Below the pieces are notes generated by a model. It was given only the letters and a program-made list of their open reading frames with translations, made no database searches and had not been told where the DNA came from. Shown here piece by piece: positions 33,028 through 44,944 of a stretch of DNA of 64,000 nt. Origin of the DNA: Histomonas meleagridis 2922-C6/04-290x (lineage: Eukaryota > Protista > Parabasalia); NCBI GenBank assembly GCA_020184695.1, contig JAANOX010000268.1, positions 124,001-188,000 on the forward strand, in the 5' to 3' direction. The translations under genes and the position numbers were made by a program. Positions within the stretch are counted from its first letter, which is position 1. Every line of letters starts with the position of its first letter.

Positions 33028-36000
33028 TTATTCTCTATTTTTCTGTATCAAGTTCAGGCACATTTCCTTGTTCTTTTCATTTAATTCTGGGTTTTCCATT
33101 AAGCTTTCAAGGACATTTGTGTCATCCTTCAACATCCAATCTGAAAGGAATTTCAATGTTTTTTCCACTAATTCATTTAATGAAAAATATTGATATTTGT
33201 TTAAAGCCGATTTCAAATTTCTTAATATTAGAAATTTCTCGAGATCCAATTCTTCAGCTAAGATGAGTACACCAGAGTAATTTGTTTCCATCCATCTTTC
33301 TTTCTTTCTTCTAAAAATATCTTTTAATTCATTCCCGAAACTTTTACATAAACATTTCAAATGTTTGATTGCAAAATCATAATTTTTAAACGTATAAAAT
33401 GATGGAGCGAAGAAACAAAAATCCAAAAATTTCATTTCAAAGCTCAAATCTATTGGCAACTTTTCATAAATTGGAAGGAAATAACGAAGGAATTCGATGA
33501 ATTCCAAGAAGTTTGTTGAGTCTACAACATAAGTTATCATGTTTTGAATGATTTTCTCTGGAACTTTAAAATTAAATTTATTAATAAAATCTAAAAATGA
33601 ATTTGTAATTTTAGAGAAATGATTTGTGAATGATAAAACTAATGAAAAACTTTCGATAAACATTGATTCATCAATTTTTTCTCTTGAAATGAAAACTAAT
33701 TCTTTTAATATCGAAAGGAAATAAATTAATTTATTTTCGTCATCATTTTTCTTCTTAATTTTTTCGATCAAATTTTTAAAATTCAAGATAAACGAATTGA
33801 TAATTATTTTCAAATATTCGTTTTCTTGTTCATTTAATACTTTTATCGGTTTTATTTTATTATTTTTAATATCAAAAGTACTTTTAATGTTCTCATGTGG
33901 TATAATAATATAAATAATTTTTATTAATGAGTCGAATGTTGTTTCTTTCAAATTAAAATATAAAGGAATCCAATCATTAATATAATGTATAAAAAGGTCT
34001 TTAAACTTCGGATACATTTCTAATGTATTAATTAATACTAAAGGTAATTGACGAAAATGATTTTTACGTTCCAACAAAAACTTAAATGAATTTTCTTTTA
34101 ATAAAAATATCGAAACAATTATAACATTTGAATTGAATAAATTCTTTGTTGTTAAATATTTTGTATAATCTTCTTTTTGGTTACAAAAATCAATATAATT
34201 TGCAATTTGTTTAGGTCTTGTATTAGTTATTAATAAAATTTTTTCGATTTCTTGTTTTTTAACATCGAATTTTATTAATAAACGTACATAATTTGTTAAA
34301 TCGATTTTAGTTTCATTAAATTTGAAATTAGTCAAAAAATGTTTTATTCTTTCGGCATCAATTTGCTCAGGAAATGTTTCAATTAAATAATATAATAAAG
34401 CAAATATTTGATCAATTTGTTTAATGAATTGAATTTGATTTTCGAAAAGTCCAAAAATTACTTCAATCAAATTTATTATATTACATTCTTTCACAATGAT
34501 TTTCTTTATAATTTTTAATATTTCAATTCGAATTTTCTTCGATTTACAATAATAAAGTGAATCATTTAAAAACTCAGCATAATAATTAATAAATTCATTT
34601 CGTTCATTTATATCCATTTTTTTAGAATCGATTTTATTCGAAATTACATTACAAAAGTCATAAAAAATTTCATTATTTAAAGACTTAAATGATAAATGTG
34701 ATAAAACTGTTATCAAATAATTAATGGAATAATTATGAAATTGATAATTTGGAAGTTTTTCTAATTTATATATTAAATTAAAGAATTCTGGATTCGACAA
34801 AAACTTTGGTATATTTTGTTGTATTTTATCTTGCATTAAATATTCCGGAATTTCGATTTTATCGATTTTTATATCATTTTTCCTTTTATAAAACAATATA
34901 TAACCAGTATCTTTATGATTTTTACCATATAAATAATTAACAACTTGTTCTTCATCTATAACACTAATCTTTTCATCATTTAATAATATCCAATTTTTAT
35001 CTTTTTTGTTTCTTATTATTGATATATAATGTCCATATAAAGCAGATGTACCACAATGTACTATGAATCCTTCTAATTTATATGTATCATATTCATTTTC
35101 GGAATATTTCGTTATATTAAATTCATATGGTACTTCATATTCTTTCATGACTTTATTAATTTGATCATTTTCATAGTTAAATCTTAAAAGTTGTATAATT
35201 AAAACTGGTGGAGCATTATCAATTTTAATGACTTTATTAACTTCAATATTATGAACATTTATTGAATTATAATTTCGTATATATATTGGCGAAATGAATT
35301 TATTAAATGATTCAATTAAACTATTCGAATTATTAATATTTAAACTTAAAATGTTAAAATTCTCGATTTCTTCATATGTAATGTTATCATTCTTTGTTGT
35401 TATTATGTTTTTAATTGTTCCTTGAAAGATATCTTTGAATTCGATTTTATTTAATATCATTTGTAAATATTCAGCGCAATCATTTTGTTTTGTAGGTGAT
35501 AAATTTTTATTAATTGATTGAATTGATTCGATTATATTTTTTGTTGTTAAAGTATTCGGAAGAATAAATTTCATCTTTAAGAATAAATCACTTAATGAAC
35601 TAAGTAATTTATCATCGGAATTAATAAATGTGAAAATTAAATTCCTAAATAACTTAATATTATAAAGTTGTTGAAGTATTGAGTTTAAATAACATGTTGC
35701 ACCTTCATTAATTAAACCGACTTTTTTATTAGTATTAAAATCATTAAAATTAATATTAAATCCAATTAAATTTTTTATTTTAATTTTTTCGAGTTGATTA
35801 AATAATAAAATATCATATGAATTTAACTCAAATATTAACTCAAATGCATCTTTCATAAGTTTAAAATCAGAATCTTTGATTTCAAATGTAATAAATCGTT
35901 CAATTAAATATTTACTTATTGAAATTTTATCTTCGACATTAATTAATAAAAGTTTATTCAAAATAGAAATTAATTTTAATGTTTTTTTTTGTATTTTTAT

Positions 36001-38934
36001 ATGAGAATTCATTAATAAGTTTTGCGTTTCAGGTATAAATTTCTCAATAATTGATTTTTCATCATTAATTCCATAATAACTTAAATGATTATTTAATGAT
36101 TTCATATATTCGATTGTAATAAAATTATATTTTTTCAAGATTTTATAATATTGATGAATTGGAATTTTAATAAAATCAAATAAATATAATACAAAACATC
36201 GAATTTCTTTAACTTCATTTAACAAATATGAAATTGTATCAATTGAAAATTCGAATCTTTGATTAATTTGTTTCACATAAAAATTAAAAAACGAATAAAT
36301 TATTTCATAAAAAAATGGTCTATCGATTACTTCGATTAACATTTGTATAACTTTCTCAAGAATTTGATTTGAAATTTTTGATTTTTTAAGATAACTAATT
36401 AAAAAGATTGTAAATGATTGTATTATATCACATACAAGTGGAAGATAATTATAATATTGAATCAATTCTTTAATTAATCCTAAAATCGAATTAAAGAAAT
36501 TTTCATTATAAATTTCATTATCGAAATTACTATTACCAAAAATAGATAATATAATAAATCGATTAAAAAATATACTTAAAACATATAAATTTGAATCTCG
36601 TGAAATTTCATTAAAATTCAAAATTAATGATTCATCATTTAAACATATATTATAAGGCAAATATTTTAATATTTGATAAGCAAATTGATTACCTTCTTCA
36701 ATTAGATTTAATATATTTTTTAAATATTCTTTCTTGGTTAATACTATTGAAGGAATTTCTGTTCGATAATGATATAACTTTGTATTAAATAAAATTTTCT
36801 TCGGCTTCATTTCAAATCTAAATGATTTTTGAAAACTCTTTTTAACAAATTTAAGAATTGGATCTGTTCGATTAACAATGATATTATCATATAATAAATC
36901 ATATGAATTAATATCAAGAAAACGTTCTTCGCAAACTTTCTCTATTAATGTTTCAACATGTGCATACTTATCAATAATTATTGGATGAACAAAATTTAAT
37001 TCTTTTGATATAATTTGTATCTTAAAATAAGGTAAAAATCGTTCATAATCAAATGGAAACCCAAATAAAACGGAATTCCGATTCATATTCGATTCAATCA
37101 TATCAATAAATATTAAAAGTAATTCCAACAAATTATCATTCATTTGATCACTTAAGAAATAAGTTGACCATTTTCCTAAAAATAATTCAATCATTGTTGT
37201 GTCAGTTATATTTACGCCATCATTTGATATATAAATTTCAACTAAAAATTCCGAAAAATTCCTTCGGACATTCGAATTACGGATACAACATTTCCATAAA
37301 AATTCTTCGTTTTTAATTGGCAATTCTTTTATATTAAACTTAGGTGAAAATCCTTCTTTTTCATAAATGCTACTTACAAATTCATAACATTGTAAATTCA
37401 TTTCGGGATTATCAACGTTAGACATCATTTGAATAGCTTTTTCATTATTAATTTGACCTTTTTTCCATAGTAATCTTAAGATTTCATAATAATTAGGTAA
37501 GATAAATCGTAAATCAGTAATCACCGAAATTTGTTTTTGAGTTAATGACTTTGATTTAGATATTAATTTTGGTAATACCATTATAAGTTTTACATTTGTT
37601 TGATCATTGACCAGTTCATCCAATACTTTATCGAAAAGTGCCTGCGCATCGGTTTTTTTAATTATCAAAACCAATTCTTTTTCATTAATTTCATTTTTCG
37701 TTAATAAATTTATTACATTATCTAAGTCATAACAATATTTTGTACGGTCAAGTAGGAAATTAAAGATTTTTATGGCTTCTTTTGCCATGTTTTCTGTTTC
37801 TGTCTCAATGATTTCAAGTAATTTTTGGATTAATTTATCGATAAAGAATTCATTATCATCAAATTCGACAAGTTTCTTAATTAAAGCTCGAATGATTTCG
37901 AAAAATGAAAATGGTATAGGGATTGCTTTAATAATTTTCTCATAAATTAAGTCAAGCTGTTTCATATAATTAATGTTTTCAATCATTGTTATATAAAAGC
38001 GTGAAAAATTTGCTTTTTTTTTGGACATTTCAACTTGATTTGCTATAATTACATTAATTATTTCTTGTGAAAGTAAATCATTATCAAGTAATATCTTTAC
38101 GATTGATTCCTTAGATTCAAGTGAACCATTTCTAAATAAAACTTCGAAAAAAATCGGATTTTGAATCAGTTTAGTAAAACAGTCGCGGAACGTTTCTAAT
38201 TTGCTATAACCAAATAACAAATCTGTAAAACTATTTTTGCTGGAATTAGCTAATGGGACAATAAGATTAAATAAACTTTGAAGAAATAATTTATTGGCAG
38301 AATGTGAAATTGGTAATGTAATGCGTAAAAGATTTAATGCATTTGATAATATGACAACTGAATTAATAGGTATCGACTCAAGAACACGAAATGTAATGTC
38401 GAAAAAGTTACGTAAAGGAAAATCAGGATCAAGTCGATTAAGATTGGAGCAAATGATAAGTATAGGAATAAGTTGGTCAAGCGATGTAATGTTAGGCATG
38501 TACTCAATGATTAGAGTTGTTCCATGAAGACCAAGAAAGTATTCATAAATTTTAAGATTGTTTTTCTTTTGATTTGTTTTCCAGGTACTATAAATTCCAA
38601 CACCTAAAACTTGAATTAAAACATTAATTGCACTCCAGTCTTTAGATAAAAGACCATAAATACCAAGATGAATAAAAAGTTTTTTGTATTTTATTAACAA
38701 ATTTTGTTGATTTTTGTTAACAATTTTTTTGCTTGTAAGTTCATTAATAATGATTTGAGGAACCTCTTTTATAAACTGATCTGAAAAAATTGCATATTCT
38801 GAAGGTAGGAAACCTGTCTGAGTAATATTATCAATAAAACCCCCTATAACTGAATAGTAATGTCGTAATTTGTTTACATCATGACAACTTTCTTTTAATG
38901 GTGTAATCCATTCATCGAAGGGGTTTTGGTTCAT
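33028..38934 (-). CDS. Ubiquitin carboxyl-terminal hydrolase (large USP, USP9/24/34-like architecture)
   Basis: Cys box GLINEGATCYLNSILQQL, QNDCAEYL, His box VHCG...GHYISI...NDEKI; uninterrupted 1968-aa ORF. Confidence 0.9.
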   Translation of the reverse strand: MNQNPFDEWITPLKESCHDVNKLRHYYSVIGGFIDNITQTGFLPSEYAIFSDQFIKEVPQIIINELTSKKIVNKNQQNLLIKYKKLFIHLGIYGLLSKDWSAINVLIQVLGVGIYSTWKTNQKKNNLKIYEYFLGLHGTTLIIEYMPNITSLDQLIPILIICSNLNRLDPDFPLRNFFDITFRVLESIPINSVVILSNALNLLRITLPISHSANKLFLQSLFNLIVPLANSSKNSFTDLLFGYSKLETFRDCFTKLIQNPIFFEVLFRNGSLESKESIVKILLDNDLLSQEIINVIIANQVEMSKKKANFSRFYITMIENINYMKQLDLIYEKIIKAIPIPFSFFEIIRALIKKLVEFDDNEFFIDKLIQKLLEIIETETENMAKEAIKIFNFLLDRTKYCYDLDNVINLLTKNEINEKELVLIIKKTDAQALFDKVLDELVNDQTNVKLIMVLPKLISKSKSLTQKQISVITDLRFILPNYYEILRLLWKKGQINNEKAIQMMSNVDNPEMNLQCYEFVSSIYEKEGFSPKFNIKELPIKNEEFLWKCCIRNSNVRRNFSEFLVEIYISNDGVNITDTTMIELFLGKWSTYFLSDQMNDNLLELLLIFIDMIESNMNRNSVLFGFPFDYERFLPYFKIQIISKELNFVHPIIIDKYAHVETLIEKVCEERFLDINSYDLLYDNIIVNRTDPILKFVKKSFQKSFRFEMKPKKILFNTKLYHYRTEIPSIVLTKKEYLKNILNLIEEGNQFAYQILKYLPYNICLNDESLILNFNEISRDSNLYVLSIFFNRFIILSIFGNSNFDNEIYNENFFNSILGLIKELIQYYNYLPLVCDIIQSFTIFLISYLKKSKISNQILEKVIQMLIEVIDRPFFYEIIYSFFNFYVKQINQRFEFSIDTISYLLNEVKEIRCFVLYLFDFIKIPIHQYYKILKKYNFITIEYMKSLNNHLSYYGINDEKSIIEKFIPETQNLLMNSHIKIQKKTLKLISILNKLLLINVEDKISISKYLIERFITFEIKDSDFKLMKDAFELIFELNSYDILLFNQLEKIKIKNLIGFNINFNDFNTNKKVGLINEGATCYLNSILQQLYNIKLFRNLIFTFINSDDKLLSSLSDLFLKMKFILPNTLTTKNIIESIQSINKNLSPTKQNDCAEYLQMILNKIEFKDIFQGTIKNIITTKNDNITYEEIENFNILSLNINNSNSLIESFNKFISPIYIRNYNSINVHNIEVNKVIKIDNAPPVLIIQLLRFNYENDQINKVMKEYEVPYEFNITKYSENEYDTYKLEGFIVHCGTSALYGHYISIIRNKKDKNWILLNDEKISVIDEEQVVNYLYGKNHKDTGYILFYKRKNDIKIDKIEIPEYLMQDKIQQNIPKFLSNPEFFNLIYKLEKLPNYQFHNYSINYLITVLSHLSFKSLNNEIFYDFCNVISNKIDSKKMDINERNEFINYYAEFLNDSLYYCKSKKIRIEILKIIKKIIVKECNIINLIEVIFGLFENQIQFIKQIDQIFALLYYLIETFPEQIDAERIKHFLTNFKFNETKIDLTNYVRLLIKFDVKKQEIEKILLITNTRPKQIANYIDFCNQKEDYTKYLTTKNLFNSNVIIVSIFLLKENSFKFLLERKNHFRQLPLVLINTLEMYPKFKDLFIHYINDWIPLYFNLKETTFDSLIKIIYIIIPHENIKSTFDIKNNKIKPIKVLNEQENEYLKIIINSFILNFKNLIEKIKKKNDDENKLIYFLSILKELVFISREKIDESMFIESFSLVLSFTNHFSKITNSFLDFINKFNFKVPEKIIQNMITYVVDSTNFLEFIEFLRYFLPIYEKLPIDLSFEMKFLDFCFFAPSFYTFKNYDFAIKHLKCLCKSFGNELKDIFRRKKERWMETNYSGVLILAEELDLEKFLILRNLKSALNKYQYFSLNELVEKTLKFLSDWMLKDDTNVLESLMENPELNEKNKEMCLNLIQKNRE

Positions 38935-39149
38935 TCTTTAGAATACGTTAAACCTTTGTAAAGTTTTGAAGTTTTTTTCAAATGTAAGATAACAAAATTT
39001 TGCATTACCATTTATGAAAAAATTTCAAATATTGCATATCTATGAGTCAAAGTAAATCAGCTAACCATATTTCACACAAAATTGATCGATTTAACTGTTA
39101 CTTTTTTTTGGGATTTCATTTTATTTCAGTTTACTTCCACATCATTTTT

Positions 39150-39350
39150 TATTGTTTTTTATTCAAGAAGTAATTTAAATTATTGAAGATGGATACATAT
39201 TAATTGTCCAATATAATAAATAATTTAAATATTTTTTCAAACTAGGAATATTAAAAAGGCTAGAAAATATTTTTTATCTTAATGTAAATTCCTTGGATAT
39301 CTAAGAAGTAATTTGACTGTATCTATTTGTAGGTACATTTCTATTGCACA
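39150..39350 (-). pseudogene. Degenerate ankyrin-repeat relic
   Basis: Two AAATTACTTCTT (KLLL) cores like those in the ankyrin arrays, with frameshifted flanks. Confidence 0.35.
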
Positions 39351-39579
39351 ATTATTTGTTTTTCTCGTTGTGTTTTGAATATTTTCAAATTAAGTTTTAT
39401 ATGTTCTTTAAGATTTATTCGAAGTTATTTGGAACCAAAAATGTCGTTAATAATCATTAAGTTATAAAACCAAAATAAATGAATTTCATTGCAGTAAAAC
39501 TAAAAACACATTCATTATACTAAAAACATTATATGTTTTTAATGATATATTTTTCTGTAATTGTTTTTTATCGAACATT

Positions 39580-40479
39580 TTAGTCAGGCAAGTTTTGCGC
39601 TATATTTCTCTTTTGTTCTTCACTCAAATCATGTGGAAATGCTATGCTAAACTTAAACACAGCATCTCCTCTTCCTCCGCCTTTCCTGGGCATTCCTGCG
39701 CCTGTCACTCTGCAGTCTTCGTTCGGCGCAATTACGCTTTTGCTCTCAAATGTGACCGGTTTCCCATCAACGCCCATTCGCGAAACTTTAAGGCCACAGA
39801 GCGCCTGCTTCAACGAAATAACTTCTTCTGTTACAATGTCGTCGCCAACGCGTTTCCAAATGTCATGCGGCTTTTGTTTGATTACAAATTGTACATCTTG
39901 GGGTAACATACCTGGGATTTGATCACCTTCACCATCAAATGTAATTTTTGTACCTTCCTTCCAACCTGGAACAATGTTAAGGGAGAAAATCTTGGAATCT
40001 GGTACACCATTTATTGTACGTGTAAGTTTGAGATTTTTTGTGCAACCACTATAAAGCTGTTCAAGTGTTAAGCCAATTTCAAGAACGGCTGGTTGAGGCT
40101 TTCTTGGCTTGCGATTACGTCCGCGACCAAATGAAAATCCTCCCATATCACCAAAGCCGCCCATATCTCCAAAACCTCCCATGTTGAAGATATGAGAAAA
40201 GATATCTTGAGCGTTGCTGAAGTTAAATGAATAACCATTACCGCCAATTCCAGACTTAAGACCTTCTTCACCAAATTGATCGTAAATTTTACGTTTCTCT
40301 GGGTCACTAAGAACATCATATGCTTCTGAAACTTCTTGGAATTTAGCTTGTGCTTGAGCTTGATTATCTGGATTTTTATCTGGATGCCATTTCATTGCAA
40401 GCTTACGATAAGCACTTTTTAATTCTGCTGGAGTAGCATTACGAGATACTCCAAGAATCTTATAGTAATCAGCTCCCAT
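39580..40479 (-). CDS. DnaJ/Hsp40 class B (Sis1-like) co-chaperone
   Basis: J-domain with HPD, G/F-rich linker and C-terminal substrate-binding domain ([11 protein letters not shown]). Confidence 0.93.
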   Translation of the reverse strand: MGADYYKILGVSRNATPAELKSAYRKLAMKWHPDKNPDNQAQAQAKFQEVSEAYDVLSDPEKRKIYDQFGEEGLKSGIGGNGYSFNFSNAQDIFSHIFNMGGFGDMGGFGDMGGFSFGRGRNRKPRKPQPAVLEIGLTLEQLYSGCTKNLKLTRTINGVPDSKIFSLNIVPGWKEGTKITFDGEGDQIPGMLPQDVQFVIKQKPHDIWKRVGDDIVTEEVISLKQALCGLKVSRMGVDGKPVTFESKSVIAPNEDCRVTGAGMPRKGGGRGDAVFKFSIAFPHDLSEEQKRNIAQNLPD

Positions 40480-40603
40480 TTTATACCTAAAAGTTGGCTG
40501 GATGAAAACCGCTGAAATGAATATTTTACATTTTTTTTCTTATTTTTCAAAAATTTCTATGAGTTATATCAAAAAGTAAAAGTGTTAAACTTGTTTACAA
40601 GAA

Positions 40604-42250
40604 ATGATTGATTCCTCTTTAAAAATATGGCCAAATAGTAAAGGACTAGCAGAAGAACTTGGAATAGAAATAATTTTACAAATAAGACCACTTTCAGAGA
40701 AACAACAACAACAACATCCCGATGAAAATCCAAAACAGTGTGCAAATTGCGGTGCTTATTTCACTTCTGTTTTCCTTCAGACATCGAATCCACAATGTCC
40801 ATTTTGTGGCACTGTTGTGAAAACAGGTATTTCTACAGATTATCTTATTGACAATTTTTACATAGATAAGCCACTGCCAGAAACTACTAAACTCTTTGTT
40901 GGCTTTGTATTTGACATGGACGCTATTGCAAATACACAAGAACGGCTTAAAGAATATTTTTCCGTTGCACTTAATTCTATTTCACAGAATGAACGATTTT
41001 TCTGTGCTGTTATCTTTCCAAGATATATTTCCTTTTTGCGTGTTATTAATGGTAGTGTTAAAGGTATTAATTTCAGTTTTTCTCTTCCATTAAAAACAAT
41101 TAGCATTGACTTCTCTTTTCTACTTAATGAAGCATATGATGTTCCTGTCATTCTCAAACATGTTCAAAGCCTTCAATCTTATTCCAATCAAGCCTTACAC
41201 TCAATTCCAAATCTCTCATTTCTTTTTAACTCTGATTCCAGTTTCTTTAAAGTGTTAATGTTTTCCAGTAATTCACAACAACAAGGTGACATCACAGCCA
41301 ATGTATCCGTTGATTGGATTACCTGTACCAAATCATCATCACATGATGGTCTTTCGATTAATGTATTAGATTCTCATATATCTAACAATGCGAGCTTACA
41401 AGTCACCACATTAGTTCGAAGCTACTTTGATTCTAATGTCATCTTTAAGCTTCACACTCGGATTTTCATCGGCAATCAGCTCGATGTAAACCCTTCAAAT
41501 TTTCACAAAGTTTCAGTACCCAACGGTTATTCCCGTTTAATTCGAGTTTCAATGCCCCGCGTATCGTTCAACACAAATGGCGTGCCGATACAAGTTGTAT
41601 CCAATTTTATATTATTTGAAACCCAACATACACCACATCAAATGCGCACAGTTACAAGCAAAGTATTTCCTACATCGCATGATTACTTACCAATTCTTGG
41701 CTCGCTTAGTCCAGGAATTTTAAATTTAGGCATTGAAGGTATCCGAGAAAAATCGAATTTAATTCCACAATTATTACGTATATATAATAATAAGATATTA
41801 CCAATCATGGCCGGCAAACGTGATGATGATATCTTCTTCTCATTAATTCCACCATTACAAATGTTACTTAAGTTCTCTGTTTCTGCTGCGGTGCCAATGC
41901 AAGAAGAATTCATTGTCGATAAAGGAAAAGATTATTTGAGATATACGACGGGAGTCTCTTTTTGGGCTTCCCAAAACTTTTTAATTGAGGAATTGGCCTT
42001 GTGGCCTTATGAGGTAAACGTCGCTTTGAATAAGCCGCCAATTGTCGTAGCGGATTCGTTTTATGAAATTAAAGTGTACGCGAATGAGAACATCGATGAT
42101 GAGAGTAAACTGGGAAAAGAGCTGAGGAAAAGAAAGTTGCATAGGTTCCCAGTGCCAAAAGTGTACGTGGTGAATAGGGAAAAATTCGAATTGGAATGGC
42201 CGAAGCAGGAGAACGAATGTAAAACGATAGAATTGATGTTAAGACAATAA
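40604..42250 (+). CDS. Sec23/Sec24-like zinc-finger protein (divergent)
   Basis: CANCGAYF...CPFCG zinc finger followed by a trunk-like FVFD region. Confidence 0.6.
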   Translation: MIDSSLKIWPNSKGLAEELGIEIILQIRPLSEKQQQQHPDENPKQCANCGAYFTSVFLQTSNPQCPFCGTVVKTGISTDYLIDNFYIDKPLPETTKLFVGFVFDMDAIANTQERLKEYFSVALNSISQNERFFCAVIFPRYISFLRVINGSVKGINFSFSLPLKTISIDFSFLLNEAYDVPVILKHVQSLQSYSNQALHSIPNLSFLFNSDSSFFKVLMFSSNSQQQGDITANVSVDWITCTKSSSHDGLSINVLDSHISNNASLQVTTLVRSYFDSNVIFKLHTRIFIGNQLDVNPSNFHKVSVPNGYSRLIRVSMPRVSFNTNGVPIQVVSNFILFETQHTPHQMRTVTSKVFPTSHDYLPILGSLSPGILNLGIEGIREKSNLIPQLLRIYNNKILPIMAGKRDDDIFFSLIPPLQMLLKFSVSAAVPMQEEFIVDKGKDYLRYTTGVSFWASQNFLIEELALWPYEVNVALNKPPIVVADSFYEIKVYANENIDDESKLGKELRKRKLHRFPVPKVYVVNREKFELEWPKQENECKTIELMLRQ

Positions 42251-42597
42251 ATATTTTTATGTTTGTTTGAGTTAATTTTGGTTTTATTTAAAATAAATTT
42301 TCAAAATTTTAAGCAAAGTGAGTGACAAATATATAGAACTTTTCCAAGCTTGCGCAAAATGTTGTGTAATAACTAAATGACGTTTTATATAATACTTTAA
42401 GCTAAATTTGTTTTTTTTTTTTTAAAGCTTTAAAATCATATAAATAAAGGTATTGAAATATCAGCTGAAGTAATCTGAAACTTTTTGAACATGATTTCAA
42501 TTAAAAACGATCGAAAGTGCTGTAGCCTTAAAAATGTTTCATGAGGAAAAGATTGAAAAAAAATATTTACATAACAAGTAAATTCATTATATAACAT

Positions 42598-44175
42598 TTA
42601 CCGAATTTCTTGCATTTTCCTCTTGATAATGCAAGCATTACAGTTACATTTATTATCCATTTTGAAGTTTTCACCATAAAACAAAGTCAATTCTTCTCCT
42701 CTATAAATTTTCCTCAGCGCAAAAATTCCGATTTGTGCAGTTTCCAATAGCGTCGACAAAATATAAATAGCGTAAGTATTTGGTTGTGAGAATCTTTTAT
42801 CTCCATCTTTTAGCTCATGCGATTGATTAATAAACCTTCCAATGTTACAATCATAAGTTGCATCATAACCATTTTGTGCCGTATAATCATTGAACTCGAT
42901 TGCGAAGTAATATTCGGGGTTTGAGTCCTTATCAGCAACTAATTTCCCTGCGTAAGTTGTAATCAAAGTTCCTATTTCAATGTCTTCTGTAGCATAAACG
43001 CCCCAACCTTTACCAGGAGAAAAAAAAAGTTGCAAATGTGGAAACGGACCTTTTTCTGTTAAACAATACGGACAATTCCGTTTACACGCACAATATTTAT
43101 TACACTCAACAAGAATTACTGTTGCGCCATCGTTCAATAAAGTCATATCTTCGATGTTTATACGCGACGTATCTTTATCAGCCCAAATAAATGCGCCGAT
43201 TTCATTCAAAGAATCTTTTATTGTCCGTCTTACACATTCAAGACTGTCAAGATTCGAATTGGGACAAAATCCAGAATAATTTTCATCTTCGATTTCAATC
43301 GATTCACAGATCGAATCATCAATCCAATGAACTTCGGCAACGGAATTCGTTGATAATGTTGGCGGACATGAGCCATTAAATTTGTTTTCCCACTTAAAAT
43401 GACAATATTTGGTAAGACCGTTTGAGATGTCATCGCCAAATGCAATTTCAAAATCACCACATCGAACTCGAGTCCAAAAATTCCCATCGCTTAATGGATA
43501 TCGTGTGAGATATGATACTAAAACATGGCGAAATTCGAATGAAAGTGGAAATTGTGGAAGATTATCTTTTCCATAAAATTTAAAGTTAAGTTCATCCTCA
43601 TTAAATCGACCTTCATCTTCAACATGTCCATCTATGTAATGCGTGCTGCATTTAAAATATAGTTTTGGAAGAGGAACAGTATGTTCAATTGCTAATTGAA
43701 GAAAAGTGGGTGTAATGTTCCATTGAATTGGAGTTTTGTATTTGGAATAAACTGGCGCGCGATAATGGCAATCACGTGCGATGGGGAAAAATACATTTGA
43801 AAACTTTAATGTTGTATCCTTACGACCAGTACAGACGCAAAATGCCATCATTACTTTTTTAGGAAGTTCAGGTGATGGATATTCTAATTTAAGAATTTTG
43901 TGTATGGCTAGCATAAAGCCGAATTCTTCAGGTAAAAAGTCATCAATAGGATACATTGCTAAAACACGATTACGAAAGAAATAAGGATCAAGCCATGCCG
44001 ACCGAAAAACATGAACTAAGTTACTGACTGAATTTGGTGGTATATCTGGATCATCATAAAAGTATGTTTCAAAATCACCAAAAGGATCCTCAAAAATAAC
44101 ATTGTCATTACAGCAATATCCAAAATAATCTTCTTGTTCATGCTCTATTCTGTATCTTCCTTCTTCATTTTCCAT
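42598..44175 (-). CDS. Pre-SET/SET/post-SET histone lysine methyltransferase
   Basis: ECNKYCAC...C, GKGWGVYA, YAGKL, RFINQSH, EELTLFYG and post-SET CNCNAC. Confidence 0.85.
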   Translation of the reverse strand: MENEEGRYRIEHEQEDYFGYCCNDNVIFEDPFGDFETYFYDDPDIPPNSVSNLVHVFRSAWLDPYFFRNRVLAMYPIDDFLPEEFGFMLAIHKILKLEYPSPELPKKVMMAFCVCTGRKDTTLKFSNVFFPIARDCHYRAPVYSKYKTPIQWNITPTFLQLAIEHTVPLPKLYFKCSTHYIDGHVEDEGRFNEDELNFKFYGKDNLPQFPLSFEFRHVLVSYLTRYPLSDGNFWTRVRCGDFEIAFGDDISNGLTKYCHFKWENKFNGSCPPTLSTNSVAEVHWIDDSICESIEIEDENYSGFCPNSNLDSLECVRRTIKDSLNEIGAFIWADKDTSRINIEDMTLLNDGATVILVECNKYCACKRNCPYCLTEKGPFPHLQLFFSPGKGWGVYATEDIEIGTLITTYAGKLVADKDSNPEYYFAIEFNDYTAQNGYDATYDCNIGRFINQSHELKDGDKRFSQPNTYAIYILSTLLETAQIGIFALRKIYRGEELTLFYGENFKMDNKCNCNACIIKRKMQEIR

Positions 44176-44293
44176 TAAAAAAACAAATCTGGTAACTTAA
44201 CGTTCTTCCATTAGAATATAATAAACGGTCTCTTAACGTACAGATGTTTTTTCCTGATTCAATGCAAGTACTTGATTTTTCATTATAAACAAT

Positions 44294-44860
44294 TTATGTT
44301 TTAAAGAAAAGTTTAATGCAGATTTTAAAAAAAATAAATATTCTTTCTGTTTTTTTATTTAGTTTTTTTATACCTTTGAATACTGCCACATCAAAAACTT
44401 GTTTTACACAATCATTCGACAATGCTGAGCGTTCTACATAATCAAATGCATTAATTTCTCGTGCCATATTTATTAATTCATCTTTACGAATGCATTGATC
44501 TGGGAGTATGAATTTTTTTAAATCTGATTTTGTACCAACAAGAAGAATTTCAGAGCTCTTCAAGTTCTTTTTGATTTCAGGATAGCACTTTGTTTTACAT
44601 CTTTCAAGAGATGATCTATCTACAATTGAAAAACAAAGTATAAAAATATATGTTTTCAGAAATAAAATTGCACCAAATTCTGCCATATCCAGCACGGTAT
44701 AATATGAAATAAAATAATACAATTTATCATTGATTTTAATTCCTTTAAGGTCACAAGCTACTTCTGGAATATACCTTGTGGGAAATTCATTACAACAGAA
44801 CCTGTAAATCAAAGAAGTTTTTCGTGTGTAATTATATCCAATAAAAAGGCTAAAGCTGAC
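44294..44860 (-). pseudogene. Degenerate Rho/Rac-family small GTPase
   Basis: P-loop GYNYTRKTS (Gly replaced), F...YIP, FILCFSIVDRSS, LVGTKSDL, ERSAL. No in-frame ATG upstream. Confidence 0.6.
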
Positions 44861-44944
44861 TATTGTGGGTTCATGAAGCCGTCACTTTTCAAAGATTATT
44901 TTTTCAATTCAAAAAAGCCGACCAAAATTATTGTTTTAAATAAG

